DNA of 63,005 bases, filler included, from Dimargaris cristalligena (taxonomy: Eukaryota): NCBI GenBank assembly GCA_003614675.1. It is 4 parts of 4 records of this genome, joined end to end, with 100 filler letters (N's around TTAATTAATTAA, not from the genome) between each part and the next. Parts side by side here need not be neighbours in the genome. Positions count along the whole stretch, not along the records: positions 47,367 to 63,005 come from ML002880.1; 3 more parts are not named here. One strand, given 5' to 3'. This document shows positions 47,421 through 57,980 of this stretch, piece by piece (the stretch's first letter is position 1; each line of letters begins with the position of its first letter). The notes beneath the pieces were generated by a model. It saw nothing but the letters and a program-made list of their open reading frames with translations, made no database searches and was not told where the DNA came from. The translations under genes were made by a program, and so were the position numbers.

Positions 47421-48822
47421 TGTATTTATGGTTTGCCGCACGTGAGCCGACTGACATAACCATCTAATATTTACATTGGATGGTTATCACAATCGACAGC
47501 CCCTTTTCCCCCTTAACTCCGCAAGCCGATCACAAAGGGTGTCTATTGATTACGCACTATCTTCCTCACAGAGCAACCCAGTCAACAAACATAAGTAATA
47601 CGCTATAAACCCTTCATCGGCAAAGGCGCAATGGGGGGTCGTGGGGGTGTTCATCCGCAACTGCTCAACCCCAATAATGGTATTTCTATATTTTAAGGGT
47701 AAATCAGACGTGATATGGTCATCGAATACCTGATAGTATTTTTGCTAATGACTAATGCCCTAGTTTATTCATGGTGGTGCCACACCAATGGGTAGACTAG
47801 TGGCATTGCACCCTGCTGTACCGGAAATCCGTCCCAGACCGACGAATTAGGGATTATCGGAAACTAGGCTCCTAAAACAGGTCAAGCATGGTGGCATTCG
47901 ATCAACTGTGCCCCCCCCGCTCTCTTTTCGTTTTGCTGTGCTACTTTATACCCCCCACTCTCTTTCCCCCAGCTGAAGGGGCTTACTATTGATTTTTTTA
48001 TATAAAAAAAAGACACTTCAGCAGTTAGCCTCCCTCCACTCTTGCTAATGGGGGTTTATTGCATCCTTTTGGGGCTGTCCAACTATACCTAACGTATACA
48101 CTATCTCATTATCCATACTACAGTGGCAACAATCAAGTCATCGGCGCGATTTGGGGGGAGGTACAATATTTCCCGATTTGGCGTACCAGTAGTACACCAC
48201 TGCTCTGGATGTTTGGGCTTTTATTGTAACATTTAGAGTTAGACATTTACCTAATCTATCTTTGGGCTGAAGGTTTTTGTTGGGCTGTGTGAGTCATTTC
48301 GAGACCTCCCGGCTCGATGACTAATACAGTGAAACTGGGTCATGTCTAATTTCCCCCCCAAAAGTCGGTAGGCTAGTTTCTCCTCACATGTCATTAAACC
48401 TAGATTTTTCTCCATTCCCCACCACTTTCACTCCACTTTAGTTACATACTGCGGCAATCATTGCGAACCTCCCCCATCCGCGCTGGGATATGATTACCCT
48501 TTCATTCGGTAAATAAATGTCCCACCCACTGTTTACTTTTCGTCCGGCAAAACACCTTTCCAAACAAGCCTCAACTCTCGATTATTCCTATGCACTGGGG
48601 CTCTCTTTTGTCGCTTGTCCACTTTCTTCTAGTCTTTGGCACCCGAGCCTGTTCCCAAGCCCCGCCTTAACCAGAGTGGCTTATTTCTTGTAACCACTGC
48701 TCTCCGTTTGATTTTTTCCTTTTACAGTTCCCTGTACGCTGTACTAGTTAATATCCCGGTTAGTCTCCAGTGCATACCCCCAAGTACCCTCCTAACCCTC
48801 TAAACCCACCTTCGCACCCATC

Positions 48823-49806
48823 ATGATTCTGAACCCGCCCACGACCAACTCCCCTACCACCCCAGCTGCCGCCTCCACCCCGACCGGTCTAGATCGGCAT
48901 GAGGAGCACCAGTACCTTGACCTGGTCAAGCACATTCTCCAAAATGGAGAGAAGCGGCTGGACCGTACCGGAACCGGCACCCTGGCTCTATTCGCTCCCC
49001 CTCAGCTCCGCTTTAATCTGCGTGACCAGGCCTTTCCCCTCCTCACCACGAAGCGCGTGTTCGTGCGGGCCGTCATTGAGGAACTCCTGTGGTTCATCCG
49101 GGGGGACACCAACGGCCGGAATCTGGCCGCCCGGGGGGTCAAAATCTGGGAAGGTAACGGTTCGCGGGAGTACCTGGACCGGGTGGGTTTAGGCCACCGG
49201 GAAGAAGGCGACTTGGGACCCATCTACGGCTGGCAGTGGCGGCACTTTGGGGCCCAGTACGTGAACTGCCACACCGACTACACGGGCCGGGGGGTGGATC
49301 AGCTCCAGCAGGTCATTCACACTATCCGCACGAACCCGGCCGACCGCCGGATCATCTTGAGTGCCTGGAATCCCGCCGATATCCCCCAGATGGCCCTACC
49401 CCCCTGCCACATGTTCTGCCAGTTTTACGTTGCCAATATCCAGGACGGCGTCGTTGATCACCCCGACGAAACGAAACGCCCCCGCCTCTCGTGCCAGCTC
49501 TACCAGCGTTCGTGCGATATGGGGCTGGGCGTACCCTTTAATATTGCGAGCTACGCCCTGTTGACCTGCATGATTGCTCACGTGACGGGGTTGGCCCCAG
49601 GCGAGTTCGTCCACGCCATGGGTGATACCCATATTTATGTCGACCATGTGGACGCCCTACAGACCCAGATTCAACGCGAACCCCACCCGTTCCCCAAATT
49701 AACCATCAAACGCCGCGTTCCATCCATTGATGAATTCACAATCGACGACTTTGAAATTAGCGACTACAAGACCCACAGTAAGATTGTGATGGCGATGTCC
49801 GTCTAG
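48823..49806 (+). CDS. CDC21: Thymidylate synthase
   Basis: [65 protein letters not shown]. Confidence 0.97.
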   Translation: MILNPPTTNSPTTPAAASTPTGLDRHEEHQYLDLVKHILQNGEKRLDRTGTGTLALFAPPQLRFNLRDQAFPLLTTKRVFVRAVIEELLWFIRGDTNGRNLAARGVKIWEGNGSREYLDRVGLGHREEGDLGPIYGWQWRHFGAQYVNCHTDYTGRGVDQLQQVIHTIRTNPADRRIILSAWNPADIPQMALPPCHMFCQFYVANIQDGVVDHPDETKRPRLSCQLYQRSCDMGLGVPFNIASYALLTCMIAHVTGLAPGEFVHAMGDTHIYVDHVDALQTQIQREPHPFPKLTIKRRVPSIDEFTIDDFEISDYKTHSKIVMAMSV

Positions 49807-51582
49807 TCTAATCTTTTCACTATTATTCTCCTCCCTCACGCTATACTCCCACTGCGTTGTTCATAAATAAATAACACATATTCGGCTTGATGAGACTGAT
49901 CACTATAATTGGTTAAAGTATTAGTACTTCCAATTTATATGTCATTCACTATCATTTTGGGTTGTCAAAATTCACCTCGTGTGTATCATATATTTGCATG
50001 GGGTTATCTCAATTGGTTGAATTAGATTTCTAATAATATATTGGGAGTCGTGGGAGGAACACCCCCTAGGAAATCACAGAGTAGTCCAGACGTAGAACAA
50101 CCAGAACAGCAACCATTAGGGGGGATAGTCCAGCCCTGCTGAGGCTTGGTAAAGTGACGTATGTAGGGGCGCACCTCTCAAGTAGAATTCGTGTTATTAA
50201 TGAGTGACGTTCGAATATCAATAGAGGTAGTAATAGCAAGACCAAACCTGGTTGGTGTATATGGCATACAATTTAACGCATGCGGAAGTATTATCTCCAT
50301 TTTCGAAGGCTTGGATATCGTTAAAGTAGGGTGGGTAGAGAGTATCACAGATAGTTTGGATAGTATTTTTAAATAGTTTATAGCCCAACGCCTCCTTCCA
50401 GTTTTAGTGTTTTGTGGATTGTTAATGACGCCCACGCTTTACCAGAAGCAGCTAGAGTTGAGTAAATCAATCCACTATGCCGAGCCAACTGATTGGATGG
50501 TGCGTATAAAGCGTGTGTCCTGTTAGTAGTAAGCCAGGAGGGCCAGTCGTAGCCTTTAAACGCCTAGCGCCACACATTTCTGCCCAATGATGCCGGACTA
50601 GCCGGCGCAACCCTGGACGCTTAGTTACTTACGCCCTTTTCTTGTCGAGTCAACGCAATTTTTAAAAAAACATTCCTATTCGTTTGGATAGTCGGCTGGT
50701 CATTTTTCACTCGATGATCCCTCGAAAAAATAATAATAATCACCTCACTCCCCTGATCAGAGAACCCCTCAGTGACATCTAGCTGACTAACATTTTGTTC
50801 CTCTTGCCGTGGCGCCTATATTCTTTACCCATATGCCATTTACGCCACCGCATTGATCCTCCTTACCAATAGAGGACGTTCGACCTCCGGGCGCAGTAGC
50901 TTATGGGCTGTGGTGAGTTACTCCCATCTTACGAACCGTTTTCCCTCCTAATAATCCAATATTGGGCGTTCATGAGGGTGGGTGGGGGGGGGGCAGGGCC
51001 ATTTACCCTGAACCCTCTGTCCCCTCCCCCACCACTTAACCAATGATCCGATTACACCGCCAGGGCGCTTAGCCCATAGCTCAGGAACCAATTTGCCCCA
51101 TTGGCCGGATTATCCGGCGCCCGTAGGTGGCGTCGCTCCAGGGCAAGCCCGATCAGTTAATATCCAACAATGCTCCAGGAACCGAAGTGCAATGATGCAT
51201 CTAGTTCGACGCCGTCTCCGTCATTTGACCCGACCCTAGTCACTTCGGCGACATTATTTGACAAGCAGCGGTAGAGAACCAGTCGATTCCCTTACTAAAC
51301 AGGTGGGTGCAAGGCCGAGTAATGAGAGCGAACACTGGTCAGGTTTGGGTATCCTGGATCGAATATATAAAAGGAGGGGATAACCTACTTCAAAATTTAC
51401 TTAATTCATCTCAATTATCGTCTACTTAAACCACTGCTTATAGCAACTATAAATCCACATCCATCACCTCTTTTTCCAACAATAATCGATCGCATCTCCT
51501 TTCTATTCTTAAAGTCTAAGCTATACCTAACAATACCACCTCTCTTATTTTCTTTCGTAAATAACCCACATACTACATCAAC

Positions 51583-52098
51583 ATGGTGAAGTTTTCGCAA
51601 GCCCTACTTTTCCTAGGTGCTGGTGTGGGTACCATCGTATTCAACGGCGCCCAACAAGCCGAAGCCGCCCAAACTCGTACAGTGTACTCCACTCGTACTG
51701 AAATGATCACCACCACAGTCCCAGCCGGCGGCGCCGCTGCTGCCCCTACCCCACGGGATTCCGATAGTGGTGGTGGTTCTGAAGAATTCACCGGCGACGG
51801 TACTTTCTACAGCCCCTCGGTCGGTACCGGTTCCTGCGGGACGGATCACAGTGACAGCGAAAAGGTCGCCGCGCTCAACGCTCCGCAATTCGGCAACCCG
51901 GCCAATCCCAACGCCAGTCCCTTCTGTGGTAGAAAGGTCCGAGTCACTGGTCCCAAGGGAACCACCGAAGCCACCATCGTCGATAAATGCCCCGTCTGTA
52001 AATCCGGCGATCTCGACTTGAGTCCCGGCGCCTTTGACGAAATTGGCGACGAAGATGCTGGCCGGATACCCATCACCTGGTCGTTCATTGACGGCTAA
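51583..52098 (+). CDS. Secreted RlpA-like/DPBB expansin-like (loosenin-type) protein
   Basis: Signal peptide, GDGTFY..G.GSCG, VAALN, CGRKV, IVDKCPVC...LDLSPGAF, GRIPITWSF. TATA box near 51364. Confidence 0.9.
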   Translation: MVKFSQALLFLGAGVGTIVFNGAQQAEAAQTRTVYSTRTEMITTTVPAGGAAAAPTPRDSDSGGGSEEFTGDGTFYSPSVGTGSCGTDHSDSEKVAALNAPQFGNPANPNASPFCGRKVRVTGPKGTTEATIVDKCPVCKSGDLDLSPGAFDEIGDEDAGRIPITWSFIDG

Positions 52099-52445
52099 AG
52101 CATAAAGGGGATTTGGGTTACTTTTTTTTCCTGTAAATGCCTGTCTCTATATATAAATCACCATCTGTATTAATGAGTCTCTCTATTCCCAGTAATTATT
52201 TCCCTAGCGAGGTTTTCTTTTTGGAAGCACAAAAATAGATAGTTTTAAGATCATCAATTATTAAAACCCTCACATGTCAAGTAGTAGAATAATAATAAAT
52301 TTCTCGCGACTACCACGGAATCCTATAATCACTTCTAAGGAAGTTTTGGACTAAGTAACGAAATTAACCTGAATGTCACCCAATTATTTATTGCTCCGCT
52401 TAATCTTTCCTTTATGTCCAAAGATGCCCAGTCGATGTTTATGAA

Positions 52446-52585
52446 TATGGGAGAAGTTCATTCGGGCTGTATAACGAAAAATCCATTGGATGAGGCCAAT
52501 ATTACTGGTTAAAAGATATTCTCACATATTCGTCCATACACGTAGTATGTAAAACCTTATACAGCTGGTTTGAATTTCTTCCATA
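52446..52585 (+). mobile_element. ~140-bp MITE-like element with 29-bp inverted repeats
   Basis: TATGGGAGAAGTTCATTCGGGCTGTATAA, then 82 bp, then TTATACAGCTGGTTTGAATTTCTTCCATA. Homologous to 2078-2218. Confidence 0.55.
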
Positions 52586-52962
52586 TGGAGAGTGTAATTA
52601 TTTTGTCAGGCAACTTACTCCCCTCCTCTTTAGGTATCAATGCATAAAATGAATGTACAATGCACATTGGACATGTGGAACGTTATAAAACATTGTTATG
52701 GGGGTAAACTCATTTAAGCACACATTTATGTCAATTCTAAGGAATGTATCCCAAGGTAAAAATGAAACAAGAGTGTCATAAGACACAGCAAAAAACCCCC
52801 CATTCTTAGAATTTGGGAGTGTGTAGAAAAAGAGCAATTTACTGCCATATCCGAAGCAAAAAAAAAAGAAACATCAGAGATACTACGGTCATACTGTCAG
52901 TAATTCCATCAGCTTGGTATACCCCATTCCTTAAAAGTGGAGGGAGAAGAGGTATACATTAC

Positions 52963-54387
52963 TTATACAAAGCTCCACTCAATAGGGACACGACCAGCGT
53001 TGCGGTCCGCAATTTTATCAAACGTCGCGGGGCTCAAGTCAAGCGACCCATGCAGGCATTCGTCTCCAGGGCACGTATCGGTCACGGTGGCTCGCACGGT
53101 ACCCTTGGGTCCCTTAATTTCGACTTGCTTGCCACAAACTTCGGCCATATTAGGATTGGGCATTTCACCGTACTGGTGCTTATTGAGAGCCACCACCAGT
53201 TCGGAGTCCTGATGTAATTGGCCGCACGAGCCAAGTCCTACAGCGGGGTAGTAGAAGGTACCGTCACCCCGGAATTGAAAGTTGGTGGTGGTAGCGGTAG
53301 TGGTAGTGGTGGGGGCAGCGACGACGGGAGGCGGAATTTCGGTAGGGGGAGTAGGGGATTGGGGAAGTGCGGGTGCCGCTGGGGGGGCCTGGGCCGGAAC
53401 CGGTGAGGCAGCGGCGACGGGTGGGAGGGGGAGTGGTGATTCGATTGGAGGAGAAGGGGAAGGTACCACGACAGCGGGAGCCTCGACGGGTATTTCGGAA
53501 AGGATAGGCAGAGCAACCGGTTCTTCCATCATGGGTAATAATGCCGTCTGGGGAATTTGACTGGCCTCGGGGAGATTATCTTCAGTAACGGGGAGAAAAT
53601 TCTTAGGGACCGGATAGTTGTAGTTACTGGGCTCTGCGTTAATCAGGGATTCCATAGTAGGAGGGGAGTGGGCCGGTTGGACTGACGGAGTCATCATACT
53701 GTTCTCCATTATGCGCATGGGGTCGTCTTCAACGGGGGAAGGTGTCACCTGGCTGGCATTATGGCGATGGTTCATAGGAAGAGGGCGTCCGAACCAGGGG
53801 CGGGTCAAGCGTCTCCGGGAACGATTGCGGTTAGGGCGACTGCGGTGGGAGCCGAAGCGAGGGCGGTTCAGCCGCTGACGCCGACGATAGGGCGACGACC
53901 GACGGGGATTTTTCCCGGCCAGCATCCGGAGCCGGTGCAATACATGGGCTAGGCGCATATGAATCTGTTGATTCATATCGGTGGCGGTGGTGGTGGTGGG
54001 ACGATGGCTATTATGGGTAAATCGTTGCTGTTTAACCCGTCCCATTGGAGGAGAGTAGTAGTAGGGATGCTGGCGGCTACCAAAGGTGGTGGTGTCCATT
54101 GATACCGCGGGAGTGCGGACCATAGTCAAGGGCTTCGTAAACTCGGAGCTGCCGGACTGCGAGTTGTCTGGTAAGTAGTTGTTGGGCATATCGAAGGCTG
54201 ATGCTGCCTGTTCATTCTTTCTGCCCAGGCTAAAGCGTAGTTTAGCTTCTTCCAGTTGGGACGTATTGGGGGAATCGATGGTGTCACTACCGCCACTTAG
54301 GAGGGCATCAGCCGGCATACGACCATAGACGGGAAGGGCCAGGCAGCCTATAGTGACAATGATGAGTTTGGAAATGGGACCAGCCAT
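52963..54387 (-). CDS. Secreted DPBB expansin-like protein with long Arg-rich and Pro-rich N-terminal region (paralog 1)
   Basis: Signal peptide. C-terminal GDGTFYYPAVGLGSCG...DTCPGDEC...LDLSPATF...GRVPIEWSFV. Confidence 0.9.
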   Translation of the reverse strand: MAGPISKLIIVTIGCLALPVYGRMPADALLSGGSDTIDSPNTSQLEEAKLRFSLGRKNEQAASAFDMPNNYLPDNSQSGSSEFTKPLTMVRTPAVSMDTTTFGSRQHPYYYSPPMGRVKQQRFTHNSHRPTTTTATDMNQQIHMRLAHVLHRLRMLAGKNPRRSSPYRRRQRLNRPRFGSHRSRPNRNRSRRRLTRPWFGRPLPMNHRHNASQVTPSPVEDDPMRIMENSMMTPSVQPAHSPPTMESLINAEPSNYNYPVPKNFLPVTEDNLPEASQIPQTALLPMMEEPVALPILSEIPVEAPAVVVPSPSPPIESPLPLPPVAAASPVPAQAPPAAPALPQSPTPPTEIPPPVVAAPTTTTTATTTNFQFRGDGTFYYPAVGLGSCGQLHQDSELVVALNKHQYGEMPNPNMAEVCGKQVEIKGPKGTVRATVTDTCPGDECLHGSLDLSPATFDKIADRNAGRVPIEWSFV

Positions 54388-54610
54388 TGTTGGGGGTTGT
54401 CAAGGGCGTCGGGGAGTTCTTTTGGTGACGGGGAAAGTAGGTAGGCGTAAAGGAATACCGGTCGGGCTGTTTTGGGCGCTGGCTAAGATGGGGAGAGGGT
54501 ACAATAGGGGTAAATGTATCAAAACGTATACAATAAAAATGAATATGAGATAAAATGTTTGGTAGTCGAATAGAAAATTGGGGATTTTCAGAATCTTGCT
54601 AAATATATCA

Positions 54611-54642
54611 AGGATGAATGCCAAAAGCACAGCTTATTGACA
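54611..54642 (-). promoter_or_regulatory. Conserved 32-nt 5' leader element (copy 1)
   Basis: 31/32 identical to 57949-57980. Lies between TATAAATA (~54726-54733) and the ATG. Confidence 0.55.
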
Positions 54643-56511
54643 TAAAAAAAAGGCGGAGGTGTGTAAAAGTAAAACAGAGACAACTAATTGAGATAAAGAG
54701 TGGGTAAAAGGGTCTTCGCTATCGTATTTATAATAGCAACGGACCTGGCGTAGACCAGTTCACCCCATAACAGGAACACATGTGGTCGAGCTGTACTATT
54801 AGTCGACTGTTTCGTGCATCGAATATACTGTATTTCCCTAAAGTATCGATTTCCATGGGGTGTGGAAGAAGGGAAAAGGAAACGGTATACCCTAGTAGCG
54901 AGGAAAGGTAGGTGGTGGTGGTGGTGGAATCGAGGATGAGGAAATCTCGAGCATCTACGACCGTGGTGGTGTCACAGAGGTCACGCATAGCTTAGTTATT
55001 CCGCGCCTCTTGTAATACGGGGAGGGATGGACGAACGAGACCTTTCCTCTCCCTCCCTTCCCCTTTTCCTTACGTCAATTGCATGGTTATTCTTCTGGCG
55101 GTATAGTCCCCCCACTCTGAGCCTCGAACAAGCCATTTACGTACCACTTGGCTAAGCGGGGATAGACAAGCCAGGGGGGGGCATGCCTTTGTAGCATCCC
55201 GTGTATTTCAAGCGTAACCCTCGGGTTGACGAATAGGTTAATAGTGACACACCAGTCATGGGGTCCGACTAGTCAAGGGTCCAGAATGTAAGAGAAGGGG
55301 AGAGGAAGTGTCCATAGCAAGACAGGGCTACGTCAGGTCGTATTAAACGACTGGAGGGCCATCGTGTGCAGCGAATGAATGGGGTTTTTCATTATGCGAA
55401 CTCTTTGCGGGATGCCTAATGGGGCGGGGTGTAGCGTGTACCAGTCAGATCACCGGTAAGCCGGATGTGGCTTCCAGGTTTGGCATACCCCAGCTAAAAA
55501 CCCTCGCTTATACATAGGCCAATAGTGCCAATTGCACTCTACGGACTTAATAGTCGGGTTTGGAGATGATCTCTGATATCGGCGCTACTTTGGGCTGAAG
55601 AGTAGTGGTAGCTTGGTTCATACATTTGCGTTTATTTTGCTATAGTAGAATATGTTCTATTTGACGCCATTGTGGTCAGTTTCTTCGATTTGTTTAACAC
55701 TATAGTAAACCTTTAGTAGATGGTGGTGCGCACCGTAAGTTGAATCTGATGGTATACGTGAGAATATCCTTTTATGTTATAAAGGAGGAGCACTGGATTT
55801 TCCATAATTGGTTTGCTTATCGGGGACCACGCACTCTGTATCCACAATTTAATAATACACCGCATAGCTACCCTCTCCGCTTTAGTGTCTATATTCGTCA
55901 AAGAATCCAAATTACGATTTATGCAATGCCCTTTATTTTCTTATATTTCGATAGGCCTATCATCCACTCTACTTCATGTGCAGTTTGAGTGAATACACAG
56001 TTAGTCCCTGCAGTTATATAATAACACTGGCTTTAGGAACTGGCAACAATTGATTGAGTGATTGATGTAAGCTAACTCATTCACTAAATTAAAGTCGTTA
56101 AATATTAACCTTTTCAGCGGGACTTACTCCTCGTGTTTGATGTATAGGTGATCTACGTTTGTCACGCCTATAAATTTATGTCAATCTTACAGTGAAATGG
56201 TCCGATTTAGATAATATATTTTAGACAGGAAACCATCCAAGATGGCCAAGTGGAACTAATCAACATTACATTGTAGAAATAACAATCATCATTTATTTTC
56301 ATACTTATTCGTGGCAAATCATTAAGAAAAAATGTCAACAATGTATAATATCATAATATTGTAATGGGAGGGGGGCATGCTCTCCATTCCGATAAAGTAT
56401 GCATTGGTATACTTGGAAACAGGAAATGGCCGGTTGGGGATACCACTGGTAAGGGTGCGGTATACCCATTTCCAATATAAAAAAAATCAAAACAAAAAAG
56501 GCAATCAAACC

Positions 56512-57726
56512 TTACACAAAGCTCCATTGGATGGGGACGCGACCAGTGTCAAAGTCCGCAATTTTCTCAAACGCAGCGGGACTCAAGTCAAGCGAGCCGT
56601 AGCCGCAACCGACTACCGGGCACGTATCAACGATGGTAGCCCGCACACTGCCCTTGGGTCCCTTGATTTCGACCTGTTTGCCGCACACCTCGGCTAAATT
56701 AGGATTGGCCATATCACCATATTGTTGCTTATTGAGAGCCACCACCAGTTCGGAATCCTGGTGTAATTGGCCGCACGAACCCGTGCCTACCCCGGGATTA
56801 TAGAAGGTACCGTCCCCTTGGAACTGGGAGCCCGCGGCGCCACCGGATGGTGCGGAGGGGGCGGACTCCGGAGCGGAGGGAGAGGCAACCACCGCCGGAG
56901 TTGCAGGTACCTCGGAGACGGTGGACGGGGCCACCGGTGCTTCCATTGGGGGTAACTGAGGGACCACTGCACTAGCCTCGACCGGAGCAGCTTCGGACAC
57001 GGGAGGAATGTCGAGTACCGGATTGGCGGGGAATTCGTTCATCTGGGGCTCTGTAGGAGGAGACTGGGCCTGAACCTGGAGTGACATGCTCTCGCTCAGA
57101 CGTAATTTGTTAGCGGTGGGTCTCATGAATAAGTCCTTGAGGTCAATGGGCAGAGGACGCCCGAACCGGGGACGGCGGTTCTGACCGTACTTGGACTGGG
57201 AGCGAGTGCCGGTGCGATGACGCTGGGGACCGAACCGCGGCCGACTCAGGCGCATACGCCGGAGGTAGGGCGTTGTACTGCCGAGGCTTTCCTCAGCCAG
57301 GGCATGCAGGCGGTTTAATAACCGGGCCCGGCGTTCATCAATCGGTTGGGTCATACCGGCGGTAGGTCGTTGGCCATTCCTCATTAGGCGTTGCCATCTG
57401 GCCCACGCCATGTGGTGGAGGGACTGTTTCTCATCGGCGGAGGTTGACCGGGGGTTATCCGCATCCGACTCGGAAGGGTCGTTCTCAACGGTCCAGGGCT
57501 TGGGAAACTCGAAGCCGTAGGAACGAGGCCCGTTGGATAGGTCATCATCGCCATCATCATGATATCCGCTCGGGTTGAAGCGAGGCTTGACCTCCTCCGT
57601 GTGGGGGCTATTGAGGGCTATAAACGTGTCACTACTTAGGGAGGCATCGATTGGCATACGGCCGTGGACCGGCAGGGCCAGGCAACCGATGGTGAACAGG
57701 ATGAGTTTGGAAATGGGGCCAGCCAT
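56512..57726 (-). CDS. Secreted DPBB expansin-like protein (tandem paralog 2)
   Basis: Near-identical signal peptide (MAGPISKLI) and DPBB domain to 52963-54387. Confidence 0.9.
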   Translation of the reverse strand: MAGPISKLILFTIGCLALPVHGRMPIDASLSSDTFIALNSPHTEEVKPRFNPSGYHDDGDDDLSNGPRSYGFEFPKPWTVENDPSESDADNPRSTSADEKQSLHHMAWARWQRLMRNGQRPTAGMTQPIDERRARLLNRLHALAEESLGSTTPYLRRMRLSRPRFGPQRHRTGTRSQSKYGQNRRPRFGRPLPIDLKDLFMRPTANKLRLSESMSLQVQAQSPPTEPQMNEFPANPVLDIPPVSEAAPVEASAVVPQLPPMEAPVAPSTVSEVPATPAVVASPSAPESAPSAPSGGAAGSQFQGDGTFYNPGVGTGSCGQLHQDSELVVALNKQQYGDMANPNLAEVCGKQVEIKGPKGSVRATIVDTCPVVGCGYGSLDLSPAAFEKIADFDTGRVPIQWSFV

Positions 57727-57948
57727 TGTAAATATTGGGGAGGTTTAAGAGTTCAGTTGGTGACAAGGAACGTATGTAAATGTGTATCAGTTGGGCTTTT
57801 TGGGCTTTGGGTGGTACGGCGATAGTGAAGATGGGTTCAATTGGAAAATGTGTGTAGAAGTGCGAAATCAAAGGATTGGTTGTGGTTTTAAAAAGAGTGA
57901 ATCTATAATTATTGGCTAAGAAACTTCGGGAGTTCGTAAATTATATTT

Positions 57949-57980
57949 AGGATAAATGCCAAAAGCACAGCTTATTGACA
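57949..57980 (-). promoter_or_regulatory. Conserved 32-nt 5' leader element (copy 2)
   Basis: Matches 54611-54642. Lies downstream of TATAAATA (~58058-58065). Confidence 0.55.

Noticed and set aside
54611-54642. Iron-responsive element (CUGUGC loop)
   Set aside because: Spacing from the bulged C is 6 nt rather than 5, and an IRE/IRP system is not established in fungi. Kept only as a generic hairpin.
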